Assembly: GCA_028277645.1 (NCBI GenBank)
Contig: JANQFV010000015.1
Location: forward strand, 51,298 to 115,297
Length of the DNA stretch: 64,000 nt
Origin: Phycisphaerae bacterium
GTDB taxonomy: Bacteria > Planctomycetota > Phycisphaerae > UBA1845 > Fen-1342
Reading direction: 5' to 3'
The notes beneath the pieces were generated by a model, which saw nothing but the letters and a program-made list of their open reading frames with translations, made no database searches and was not told the DNA's origin. Position numbers and translations under genes: made by a program. Positions 56,171 through 64,000 of the stretch are shown piece after piece; position 1 is the stretch's first letter, and every line of letters begins with the position of its first letter.

Positions 56171-56188
56171 ACGGTTCACTTGTCGGCG

Positions 56189-57391
56189 TTACTGCGGCTG
56201 GCCGCGGCCCGTACCGCGGAAGCGTCCCGATCCGCGGTCGCGTTGGCCGCGGTTGTTGCCGCGGGATTCGTCTTCGGCGAGGTACTTCTCGAACTCGGCC
56301 TTTTGCTCGGCCGTGAGCATCTCCATGATCTGGCTCTTGAGCGTCGTGCCCGGGCTGACGCGGCTGGCCGCGTTTCGCCGACCGCCGCGACGGCCGCGGT
56401 CCGACTGCGTGGCCTCACGCGTCAGCGTCCGCAGCTTGTCACGCTGCTCGGCGTCCAGGTCGAGCTTCCGGGCCGCACGCAGGATCTTGCGCACGTCCTC
56501 GCCGGCACGCTCGGGCGCGCCGCGCCGGGTGTCCATGTAGGACGACTGGATTTCGGCGAGCTTCACGCGCTGCTCTTCGGTCAGCATTTCGGCGACGCGC
56601 TCGAAGAACTCGTCCATCGACTCGCGCTGCGGGCGCATCTCGCGGAGCTGCGCTTCCAGCTCTTCGGCCCGGGCATCGTCGCCGGCCAGCCGTGCCTCAC
56701 GCATCTCCTCCATCAGCGGACGCAGCTCCTGGAAGCGCTCGCGGTTGCCCGTCATCTCCGCCCGGCGTTCCTCGAGCATCAGCTCGAACGCCGCCCGCTG
56801 CTCGTCGTCCATGTTCAGCTCATCGGGGAGGGTCTCGGCGAGCTGGCGGAAATCGCGGCCGCGATCACGCATACGTCCGCGGCGGACCTGATCGAAGACG
56901 CGCTCGCGGAACTCGTCGACGCTCGGGGCAAGCTCGGAGCCGACTACGGTCTTCACCTCTTCGAAGTAGTTGTCGACCATCTCGCGCCGGCCGCCGCCGG
57001 CCTCGCGCATCTGGGCGCGGATCAGCTCGGCCTCTTCCATGTCGCCGGCGCGACGGGCTTCGCGATAGGCCATGGCGAGCTCGCGCATCTGCTCGCGATC
57101 GACCTCGACGCTCTCGAAATCGGAAAGGAACTGCGCGCTGACGGTCTCAAACTGCGTCAGCATTTCGCCTTCGAGCGCGAGCTCGGCGGACAGCCGGTCG
57201 ACCATCTGCTGCAACATCTCAGGGCTGGGGCCGCGTCCGCGCCTGCCGCGTTCACCATCCTGACCGCCGCGACTGCGCAAACCGGGGCCGTCGCCGCCGC
57301 GCTGCCGAGGACCGAATTCCCCGCCGCGTTGCGCCAGTGCCGGCACGGCCAGCAGGGCCGCTGCCATCCAAATTGCATATGCTCGTTTCAT
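56189..57391 (-). CDS. periplasmic Spy/CpxP-like (LTxxQ-repeat) protein
   Basis: Signal peptide MKRAYAIWMAAALLAVPALA. Repeated LTEEQRVKL, LDAEQRDKL, LTAEQKAEF and DDEQRAAF motifs within a highly charged helical sequence. The antisense ORF 56180..57622 is rejected. Confidence 0.7.
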   Translation of the reverse strand: MKRAYAIWMAAALLAVPALAQRGGEFGPRQRGGDGPGLRSRGGQDGERGRRGRGPSPEMLQQMVDRLSAELALEGEMLTQFETVSAQFLSDFESVEVDREQMRELAMAYREARRAGDMEEAELIRAQMREAGGGRREMVDNYFEEVKTVVGSELAPSVDEFRERVFDQVRRGRMRDRGRDFRQLAETLPDELNMDDEQRAAFELMLEERRAEMTGNRERFQELRPLMEEMREARLAGDDARAEELEAQLREMRPQRESMDEFFERVAEMLTEEQRVKLAEIQSSYMDTRRGAPERAGEDVRKILRAARKLDLDAEQRDKLRTLTREATQSDRGRRGGRRNAASRVSPGTTLKSQIMEMLTAEQKAEFEKYLAEDESRGNNRGQRDRGSGRFRGTGRGQPQ

Positions 57392-57670
57392 GGCGATCTC
57401 CTTGTACGCGTTCTGGTGACGGCCGCCGGGCCGGAGCGCCTGTTGGCACTCATCGGCACGACCGCCTGCTGGGAAGAACGCAGTAACGGTCCAATTGTTG
57501 CAGTCTGCGCGGTAATCTTAATGTTTTGGGACGGCTGTGCGGCTCCCAATCCCGCCTTGTTGGCCATGGCGGCGTGCTACGCGGTCCTTCGTCGGCCGCT
57601 GGGGGACCGACGCTATGCGTAAGAGGCCGGCACAGCACGCGTGAAGCCGACGTTACCCGCCTCTCACGGT

Positions 57671-57699
57671 TTGACCGGCCGCAGGGCCGTGGTTACGAT
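57671..57699 (+). promoter_or_regulatory. sigma-70-type promoter upstream of infA
   Basis: TTGACC-N17-TACGAT lies ~150 nt upstream of the proposed TTG start. Confidence 0.4.
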
Positions 57700-57846
57700 G
57701 CCGATTCCCGTGTCGGAAATCGTCCCGCGCGGGTCGCTGGGAGCCCTTTTTCGCGACCGGATGAGGCATTCGCCCCGGCCGTGCGGGAGCCCGGTTCGCC
57801 GGCGGGTACGTCACTCGCACGTTTGCACGACAGGATTGGAGCGCTC

Positions 57847-58077
57847 TTGGCCAGCGACGACGCGATTCAACTCGAAGCCATAGTTATCAAGGCGTTGCCG
57901 AACGCCATGTTTCTCGTCGAGGCTGAGCTGGGCGAGGGTAATAAGCACGAGGTCCTCGCACACGTCTCCGGTCGGATGCGCAAGCACTTCATCCGGATTC
58001 TGCCCGGCGACCGCGTGACGATCGAGATCTCCCCCTACGACACAAAACGCGGCCGGATCACGTATCGGCAGAAGTAG
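57847..58077 (+). CDS. infA: translation initiation factor IF-1
   Basis: The C-terminal 76 codons of the 183-aa track ORF align with IF-1: [19 protein letters not shown]...[43 protein letters not shown]. There is no in-frame ATG at the expected position. TTG 57847 is preceded by GGAG at a 5-nt spacing. Confidence 0.85.
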   Translation: MASDDAIQLEAIVIKALPNAMFLVEAELGEGNKHEVLAHVSGRMRKHFIRILPGDRVTIEISPYDTKRGRITYRQK

Positions 58078-58136
58078 CGCTCACGCCCCCCCCCCGCCCG
58101 CTCCGTGAGCTAGGCCACAGAGCTTTCGCCTCGGTC

Positions 58137-58490
58137 CTACCCGGCTACGCCCGCAACCGCAGCGTCCACCGAATCGAACGTTGTAAACACTTTGTCCAGC
58201 TTCTGCATGCGGAAGATGTGCGCCGCCTCGGCCCGCAGGCGTGCCACCACGATCGCGATGTCCTGCGTTTCGGCCGCCCGACGTGCGGTCAGCAGGCTGC
58301 CGACGACCGGTGACGTCAGGAACTGTGCCGCGTCCAGATCGAGCACGATACCACGCAGGCCCTCCGTTTGCGCGGCGGCGAGCAGGCCATCGTGAATCTC
58401 CTGGGTTGAGTCGGCATCCAGTTCGGCGGGGGCGTGGATACTGATGACGGCGATGTCGTCTCGCCGTTCGATCACGAGCGGTTCCGGCAT
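58137..58490 (-). CDS. STAS-domain anti-sigma-factor antagonist (SpoIIAA-like)
   Basis: 117 aa from ATG 58490. IVLDLDAAQFLTSPVVGSLL is the conserved phosphorylatable-Ser context (TS). Typical STAS length and pattern. Confidence 0.7.
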   Translation of the reverse strand: MPEPLVIERRDDIAVISIHAPAELDADSTQEIHDGLLAAAQTEGLRGIVLDLDAAQFLTSPVVGSLLTARRAAETQDIAIVVARLRAEAAHIFRMQKLDKVFTTFDSVDAAVAGVAG

Positions 58491-58690
58491 ATTTGAGCGC
58501 TCCGAACGACGCGCTGCGCGTCGATGCGTGTTGTTCCTGAGAGACAAGCGCGTGTTCGTGCGACGCACCCGTCGTGTCTTACGGCAGGTCTCCGTTCCCG
58601 CCGAGCGTTTCCGCCAAAGCGTTTTAGCGGAACGTGAATGGCCCCGCAACCGCACAAGAACCCCTGGTCTTGCGGGGCGCTAGGCGGCCG

Positions 58691-59410
58691 TCACGGCTCT
58701 TCCGGCTCGAGCCAGTCGATGGCGTAGCTGTAGGCGTGCGTCTGCCAGACGCCGCGCGTCAGCTTGGTGTAGGCGGCATGGCCGTCGACGAACGCGAGAT
58801 TCATCGCCAGGCCCGCGTCGTCGTGCCACCGGGCCTGGAGCAGCTCACTTCCGGGTGAGTAAGACTGGTGATCGCCTGCGAGGATAACCAGCGAGAGCGG
58901 TACCTTGATATCCGCGAGGCGCACCGCCGGCGTAAAAGCGCTCCACGGCAGCAGAGCCCCGTTCAGCGGATAGCTGTTCCCGTAGTAGTCATACGTCGAG
59001 TCGCGTCTCCAAGGCGTCGGTCCGGTGTACTGCGCGCCGCGATCGGCGGGACAGTGAAACACCTCGGCGGTGGCGTTGTCGTACGGGTCGGCGCCGATGT
59101 AGCGGTTGATCGGGCGCGGATTGAGGGCGAGCTCCGGGTATTCGTATTCGTCCATCTTTCCGCCGTAAAACCAGTGAATGTTCTTCTGGAAATACGGGAA
59201 CGTGTCGTTGGCCTCCTGGTGCAGGTAGAGCGTCCAGGCGACGGCGATCTGGTGGAGATTCGAGGCGCAGCGCACGCGCCGCGCGCGCTCGCGTGCTGCG
59301 CCGAGTGCAGGCACCAGGATCGCGATCAGCAACGCGATGATCGCGATCACAACCAGCAGCTCGATCAGCGTGAAGGCCGTGGGTCGAGATTGGCGTCGGG
59401 TGCTCATCAC
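58691..59410 (-). CDS. prepilin-type N-terminal cleavage/methylation domain protein (DUF1559-like)
   Basis: [29 protein letters not shown]-terminus. C-terminal [10 protein letters not shown]. Confidence 0.85.
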   Translation of the reverse strand: MMSTRRQSRPTAFTLIELLVVIAIIALLIAILVPALGAARERARRVRCASNLHQIAVAWTLYLHQEANDTFPYFQKNIHWFYGGKMDEYEYPELALNPRPINRYIGADPYDNATAEVFHCPADRGAQYTGPTPWRRDSTYDYYGNSYPLNGALLPWSAFTPAVRLADIKVPLSLVILAGDHQSYSPGSELLQARWHDDAGLAMNLAFVDGHAAYTKLTRGVWQTHAYSYAIDWLEPEEP

Positions 59411-59599
59411 ATACGCGTCGTCTGGTGCGTTGCCGGCGATGCTGCGCCGCGCATCGAAGTCACGTTCCGGTAATCAGTATAGCCCGTGCAGCCGTGTGCC
59501 GATGAAGTTAACAAATGTGCTCTGCGAGTGCGCGAAGGGCAAGCTATAATCATGGTCGCGATGCGGATGGAATTCACGGTAGTTGCCCGGGGGTCTCGG

Positions 59600-60526
59600 A
59601 TGCCGAGCGCCTTGCGCGCCGGGTTCACACTAATCGAGTTGCTGGTCGTTATCGCGATCATCGCGCTGCTGGTGAGCATCCTGATCCCGACGCTCTCCGC
59701 CGCCAAGCGCCGCGGCTACGCCGTCAAGTGCCTTTCCAATCTGCGGACACTCGGTCAGGGCACGGCGATCTACCTGAATGACAACAACGACATTCTGATG
59801 CCGAGCCGCCTGCCGAAGATGTCCGGCGAGAGCTGCCAGCCGACGGCGGACGTCTACGGGCGTTTGAAGTACCGCCCCACCTTCGTCGCGTTGATGAGCT
59901 CGTCGGTCGGCGCCCCGCCGTTCGATGATCCGCAGGAGTGCAAGGACGCCGTGGACATGCACGGCGAGGACGGTGACCGCCAGAACTACTCGTACCCCGT
60001 CTACGTCTGCCCCTCGCGACCGGAATGGACGGACGAGCGGAACGGGGCCTATGGCTACAACTACCAGTTCCTGGGGAACTCGCGGCTGCGATCGACCGGG
60101 CAATTCAAGAACTGGCCAGTGCCGGTCACGCTGCTCCGACACCCGGGGAACACGGTGCTCGGCGGCGACTGCATGGGGACGGCGGCGGGCGTGCCGCCGG
60201 GCGACCGGCTCGAATACGACAACAACTCGCGCGACTATGACCGCTACGGAAATGAGGGGTTTAATCTCGATCCGCCGCGGATTGATCTGGCCGACGGCGA
60301 GGTTGCCGAGGACACGCCGGTATCACGCTCCGCGGCTGATCCCCGTCATGCAAACAAGGCCAACATCGTGTGGGTCGATGGCCACGCTTCGGCGGAGTCG
60401 ATGGAGCGGCTGGGCTACGTCGACGCGCCCGACGGCAGCATCGGGTACGAGGGCGACAACTCCCGCTGGACGGGCACTGCGCGGGACGTGCCGTGGACGT
60501 ATGACTACACCCCTTACGGCGATTAG
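59600..60526 (+). CDS. prepilin-type N-terminal cleavage/methylation domain protein with H-X9-DG motif
   Basis: MPSALRAG|[25 protein letters not shown]-terminal HANKANIVWVDGHA is H-X9-DG. Start chosen at ATG 59600 to give a short prepilin leader; the ORF track start is 59486. Confidence 0.8.
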   Translation: MPSALRAGFTLIELLVVIAIIALLVSILIPTLSAAKRRGYAVKCLSNLRTLGQGTAIYLNDNNDILMPSRLPKMSGESCQPTADVYGRLKYRPTFVALMSSSVGAPPFDDPQECKDAVDMHGEDGDRQNYSYPVYVCPSRPEWTDERNGAYGYNYQFLGNSRLRSTGQFKNWPVPVTLLRHPGNTVLGGDCMGTAAGVPPGDRLEYDNNSRDYDRYGNEGFNLDPPRIDLADGEVAEDTPVSRSAADPRHANKANIVWVDGHASAESMERLGYVDAPDGSIGYEGDNSRWTGTARDVPWTYDYTPYGD

Positions 60527-62319
60527 TCCGTCTTGTGTAGCTGCCGACCTCCCGGTCGGCCGACGATCAGCAGTATCGCCACCAATACCCCTGCACCGAT
60601 GATCAAGCCCGCCCAGGCCGGCGTGCCTGTGTAGCGGCAGAGGATGTCGCCGCAGACTATGGACACCCCCGCCACGACGAGTGCGTACGGCATCTGCGTC
60701 CAGACGTGCTGCTCCAGCGAACAACTGCTCGCCAACGACGACAGCACCGTCGTATCACTGATCGGCGAGCAATGGTCGCCGAAGATCGCTCCGGCCAGCA
60801 CCGCCCCCACCGCGGCGTAGAACAGCGGCTGCGCCTCGTCCAGCGGCAGTTCGTGCAGCAACCCGGCGGCGATGGTCACGGTCGCTGGACAGAGGATGCC
60901 CATCGTGCCCCACGAAGTTCCGGTCGCGAAGGACACAACGCAGGCGCTGAGGAAGATGCAAAGCGGCAGCGCCCGCAGGCGGAACGGATCGTCGAACCCC
61001 GCCGATTGGAGCAGGGTCACCGCGACCTCACCGAGCTGCAGGTCGCGCATCGTCGCTGACAGCGTCCAGGCAAGCACCAGGACCGAGAGCGTCGGCACCA
61101 TGCGTGACATCGAAGCCGTCGCCGCGTCGACGGTTTGGCCGAGTGTCAGGCTGCGCGTTGTGATTGAGATCAGACCAGCGACGAGCAGCGCGCCGAACGC
61201 CCCGTAGAGAATGGGCCGATACGGATCGGCGTTCGCGACGATCTCCTGGAGGATCGCTGCGCCCCGCCACGTACCCGGCGACGTCTCGAACTCGGTCCAG
61301 TCCTGCCCCGACCACCCGGGGAGAATCAGAAGTGAGAGCGTCAGCACAATCAGCACGAGCACCGGGACGACTGCGTACCACGCCCTGCCCGTGCCCTCGT
61401 CGACCTTGTCGGTGATGTCCGTCCGCACTGCCTCCGTCGCCTCTTGCTCCGCCTTGCGCATCGGGCCGAAGTCACGGCCCAGCAGCCCGACCGACAGGAC
61501 CATGACCAGCGCCAGAATGGCATAGAAGCGATAGGGAATGCTCGCAAGGAAGGCCTGATAGCCGGTTATCCCCGCGAGAAACCCGGGCAGGTCCTGAAGC
61601 TGGTCGAGGCCATCCTGAATGTAGCCCACCTCCGCGCCGATCCACGTGCCGATCAGCGCGATCGATGCTACCGGGGCGGCGGTCGAATCCACGATGTACG
61701 CCAGCTTGGCCCGGCTGATGCGCAGTCGGTCGGCCACCGGGCGCATCGACGGACCGACGATCATCGCGTTGGCATAGTCATCGAAGAACACCAGCAATCC
61801 GGCGAACCAGGTCGCGACCTGTCCACGGCGGCGTGTAGTGCCCCAACGAGCGACGGCGTTGACGACGGCCCCGGTGCCGCCGTTGGCCGCGATCACGCCC
61901 ACCATGCCCCCGATCGCCATCGTGAAGATGATGATCTTGACGTGGTCTGCATCCGCGGCGGCGCCGATCAGGTAGTGCTCGACCGCCAGCGCCACGCCCG
62001 CGACCGGACCGTGCCCGAAGTCCGTCTCGCCGGGCGCAAACGGCACGAGCATCATGCTCGCGACGAGGACACCGACTGATAGTGCCGGGATTACCTGCCG
62101 CAGCAGGATGGCGAGGATGATCGTGATGACGGCCGGAGCCAGGACCCAGGGACCGTAGCAGGTCGCGGGCGAATCGAGATCGTCGACCGGGATGCCGAAG
62201 CGCGGCACGAAATACGACGCGCCCAGCACAACGAGCAGCACGATCAGGAATGTGATGATCGAACCGCGCGAGCGCGGTGTGGGTTCGGCAGGTGCGTCGA
62301 GTTGCGGTCCGGAAGACAT
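60523..62319 (-). CDS. NhaC-family Na+/H+ antiporter
   Basis: ~12 TM protein. YANAMIVGPSMRPVADRLRISRAKLAYIVDSTAAPVASI and GDHCSPISDTT are typical of the NhaC family. Confidence 0.8.
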   Translation of the reverse strand: MSSGPQLDAPAEPTPRSRGSIITFLIVLLVVLGASYFVPRFGIPVDDLDSPATCYGPWVLAPAVITIILAILLRQVIPALSVGVLVASMMLVPFAPGETDFGHGPVAGVALAVEHYLIGAAADADHVKIIIFTMAIGGMVGVIAANGGTGAVVNAVARWGTTRRRGQVATWFAGLLVFFDDYANAMIVGPSMRPVADRLRISRAKLAYIVDSTAAPVASIALIGTWIGAEVGYIQDGLDQLQDLPGFLAGITGYQAFLASIPYRFYAILALVMVLSVGLLGRDFGPMRKAEQEATEAVRTDITDKVDEGTGRAWYAVVPVLVLIVLTLSLLILPGWSGQDWTEFETSPGTWRGAAILQEIVANADPYRPILYGAFGALLVAGLISITTRSLTLGQTVDAATASMSRMVPTLSVLVLAWTLSATMRDLQLGEVAVTLLQSAGFDDPFRLRALPLCIFLSACVVSFATGTSWGTMGILCPATVTIAAGLLHELPLDEAQPLFYAAVGAVLAGAIFGDHCSPISDTTVLSSLASSCSLEQHVWTQMPYALVVAGVSIVCGDILCRYTGTPAWAGLIIGAGVLVAILLIVGRPGGRQLHKTD

Positions 62320-62398
62320 GGCAGCGGCACGCTAGCGGGCGTGATTGTGAGCGTCAAACTGGCGGCGGGCGAAGCCCGTCCGGGCCGACGCCGACACG

Positions 62399-62493
62399 CG
62401 TCTTCCCGACGACCAACGGGAGGAGGGATCTACGCCGGTACGAGCGCAACCTACGGTTCGCACGTAGATTCCTCGCTGCGCTTCGGAATGACG
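62399..62493 (-). repeat. ~95-nt palindromic intergenic element, copy 2 (inverted relative to copies 1 and 3)
   Basis: The reverse complement reads CGTCATTCCGAAGCGCAGCGAGGAATCT, then a 34-nt spacer starting ACGTGCGAA, then AGATCCCTCCTCCCGTTGGTCGTCGGGAAGACG. Confidence 0.75.
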
Positions 62494-62518
62494 TTCCGGC
62501 GGACCGGGAGGACGGCCG

Positions 62519-63079
62519 CTACGCTTTACGGAGCGTTGGCAGGCCGTGGGCGTTGCGGATGCGGTTGGCTTCCTGCCAAGCCTTGGCGTTGTCGGCAAGG
62601 AAACGGGTGAGGCTGGACGTCGTGACGCCGAGGCGGGCGGCGGCTTTGGCAACCTGACCCTGCTGCGCGAGCAGCTCATCGAGCGCTATTGCCAGCACTT
62701 CCAGGTACGCCGCGTTTGATTCGTTAACCCGCAAACGACCGTCACGGATTTGCACCGTCGGCGGCCAGACGATCTGATCTGGCGGAGGCTGGCGTACGCC
62801 GATTGCGATCGCTTCGCGGAGCCGCTTGGCCGCGTTGTGCTTGTTCTCGTGCTGCGAGCGGCGTTCGTTGGCGTTCACGGTGAAGCCGCTGGGCTGATGG
62901 TGCAGGCGAACGGCGGTCGAAACCTTGTTGCGATGCTGTCCGCCGGGGCCGCTGGCACGATGGATGTGGACGTCACACTCGGCCAGAAGCCGCGCATCGT
63001 CGAACGCCAGCCGGGCGCGCAACATCCGGGCGACATCGTCATCCGGCGCGAATGTACTGTCTCTTGATGAGTCTGACAC
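62519..63079 (-). CDS. GGQ-motif (RF-1 domain) peptidyl-tRNA-hydrolase-like protein with C-terminal Fis-type HTH-like segment
   Basis: HRASGPGGQHRNKVSTAVRL matches the class-I release factor / ArfB catalytic domain. The C-terminus GQVAKAAARLGVTTSSLTRFL resembles the Fis/NtrC HTH_8 motif rather than the basic ArfB tail. Confidence 0.75.
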   Translation of the reverse strand: MSDSSRDSTFAPDDDVARMLRARLAFDDARLLAECDVHIHRASGPGGQHRNKVSTAVRLHHQPSGFTVNANERRSQHENKHNAAKRLREAIAIGVRQPPPDQIVWPPTVQIRDGRLRVNESNAAYLEVLAIALDELLAQQGQVAKAAARLGVTTSSLTRFLADNAKAWQEANRIRNAHGLPTLRKA

Positions 63080-63151
63080 TCGTGTTGCTCAACAATGCGA
63101 ATAACTGCGGCGAACCTGCGTTGCGCCCTTTACGCCGCGGTTGGATCTCAA

Positions 63152-63245
63152 CGTCATTCCGAGCGTAGCGAGGAATCTACCGGCGAATCGGCGGTTGTGT
63201 CGATCCGAACGCAGATTCCTCCGCGCTGCGCTTGTCGGAATGACG
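63152..63245 (+). repeat. ~95-nt palindromic intergenic element, copy 3
   Basis: CGTCATTCCGAGCGTAGCGAGGAATCT, then a 34-nt spacer starting ACCGGCGAA, then AGATTCCTCCGCGCTGCGCTTGTCGGAATGACG. Confidence 0.8.
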
Positions 63246-63309
63246 GCTTCCCGCCGCGAACCGTATAATACTTCGAGACATGACCCGCGACGTGCAGAAA
63301 GGTCCGGAT

Positions 63310-63999
63310 ATGCCGCAACGCAAGCCATCGAGGTCCGGCTTCACGCTGATCGAGCTGCTGGTCGTCGTCGCGATCATCTCCTTGCTGGTTTCGATCCTGA
63401 CGCCGTCGCTCTCGCGGGCGCGGCAGCAGGCCAAATCGACGGTCTGCATGACGCGGCTGGCCGAGTTCATGAAGACACTGGTGATGTACTCCAGCGACAA
63501 TGACTACCTCCTGCCGCCGATGCGATACGAGGTCGATCCGAACGAGCCGGATTCGCCGTGGCACGGCTGGTCGGAGGTGCTGTACGAGTACCTGTACCAG
63601 GACAAGGACTTTCGCAAGGACGAGAACTTCCCGGTGCAGCGGAATCGCGAAGGCAAGTACGAGCTATGGGTGTGCAAGGAGGCGATCCCGCGAGCGAACA
63701 GCACCGGGCACTATCGCGTGTACGAGTACACCTGGACGCTCGGCTCGATCGATCGTGTCAAGCCCAAGCTGCCGCTGATCATCGACGCCAATCCGCAGGT
63801 CTTCTACGATGAGGATCTGGACCGCAGTGACATTCCCATGGAGCGGCTGGCGGGTCTCGAAGGCGAGGCGTATATCGACGAGCGACACTACGGCGGTGCG
63901 AATTACGCGTTCAACGACGGGCACGCGGTCCGCAGCACGAACTTGAAAGAGCAACTCGCCGAGGACTGGGACCTCGATCCGAATACGCCGAATCGTTGA
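63310..63999 (+). CDS. prepilin-type N-terminal cleavage/methylation domain protein with H-X9-DG motif
   Basis: MPQRKPSRSG|[25 protein letters not shown]-terminal HYGGANYAFNDGHA is H-X9-DG. The ORF track start is 63280. The stop codon is at 63997-63999. Confidence 0.85.
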   Translation: MPQRKPSRSGFTLIELLVVVAIISLLVSILTPSLSRARQQAKSTVCMTRLAEFMKTLVMYSSDNDYLLPPMRYEVDPNEPDSPWHGWSEVLYEYLYQDKDFRKDENFPVQRNREGKYELWVCKEAIPRANSTGHYRVYEYTWTLGSIDRVKPKLPLIIDANPQVFYDEDLDRSDIPMERLAGLEGEAYIDERHYGGANYAFNDGHAVRSTNLKEQLAEDWDLDPNTPNR

Positions 64000-64000
64000 C

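Noticed and set aside
56180-57622. 480-aa ORF on the plus strand
   Set aside because: It is antisense to the Spy/CpxP-like gene, which has a signal peptide and LTxxQ repeats. It has no RBS or domain signal.
57526-57846. N-terminal 107 codons of the 183-aa ORF containing infA
   Set aside because: IF-1 is a ~72-80-aa single-domain protein. The upstream part is Arg/Pro/Gly-rich, shows no homology, and overlaps the predicted promoter.

Overview
High-GC bacterial chromosomal window. Gene content points to Planctomycetota, possibly Phycisphaerae-like; this is an inference from three prepilin-type N-terminal / H-X9-DG (DUF1559-like) proteins, two ECF sigma / Ser-Thr kinase pairs, a PEP-CTERM protein, dockerin-like tails on beta-helix proteins, and short word-type intergenic repeats. 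Housekeeping genes: mnmG, dxr-rseP (ATGCTGA start/stop overlap), infA, a standalone EF-G, DAHP synthase, a CapD/PglF-like dehydratase, an aquaglyceroporin, a Ycf46-like AAA+ ATPase, two hsp20 genes, tRNA-Ser(GGA) and tRNA-Glu(UUC). Signalling genes: an ECF sigma followed by a kinase with a complete ZAS anti-sigma motif, a second divergent ECF/STK pair, an HTH-REC regulator with an HDOD histidine kinase, PilZ and STAS proteins. Large secreted or surface proteins: Pmp-like beta-helix, FG-GAP, YWTD propeller, AsmA-like. Accessory patches have visibly lower GC: an ImmA/IrrE + DUF4411 pair, an orphan wHTH-like gene next to a candidate structured element, a RepA-like AAA_25 ATPase next to a PD-(D/E)xK-like gene, an apparently intact IS5-family element, and a remnant of an MmeI/YeeA-like RM gene. 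Structure not explained by genes includes a ~95-nt palindromic element in three copies, two of which bracket a GGQ-domain gene in inverted orientation. It also includes a consensus sigma-54 promoter in front of one hsp20 gene and a family of CCGACC-NGGA-GGTCGG hairpins. No CRISPR array and no rRNA were seen. Many long ORFs in the six-frame track are antisense or alternate-frame artefacts of the high GC content. Several start codons were re-picked by eye from signal peptides and Shine-Dalgarno motifs.
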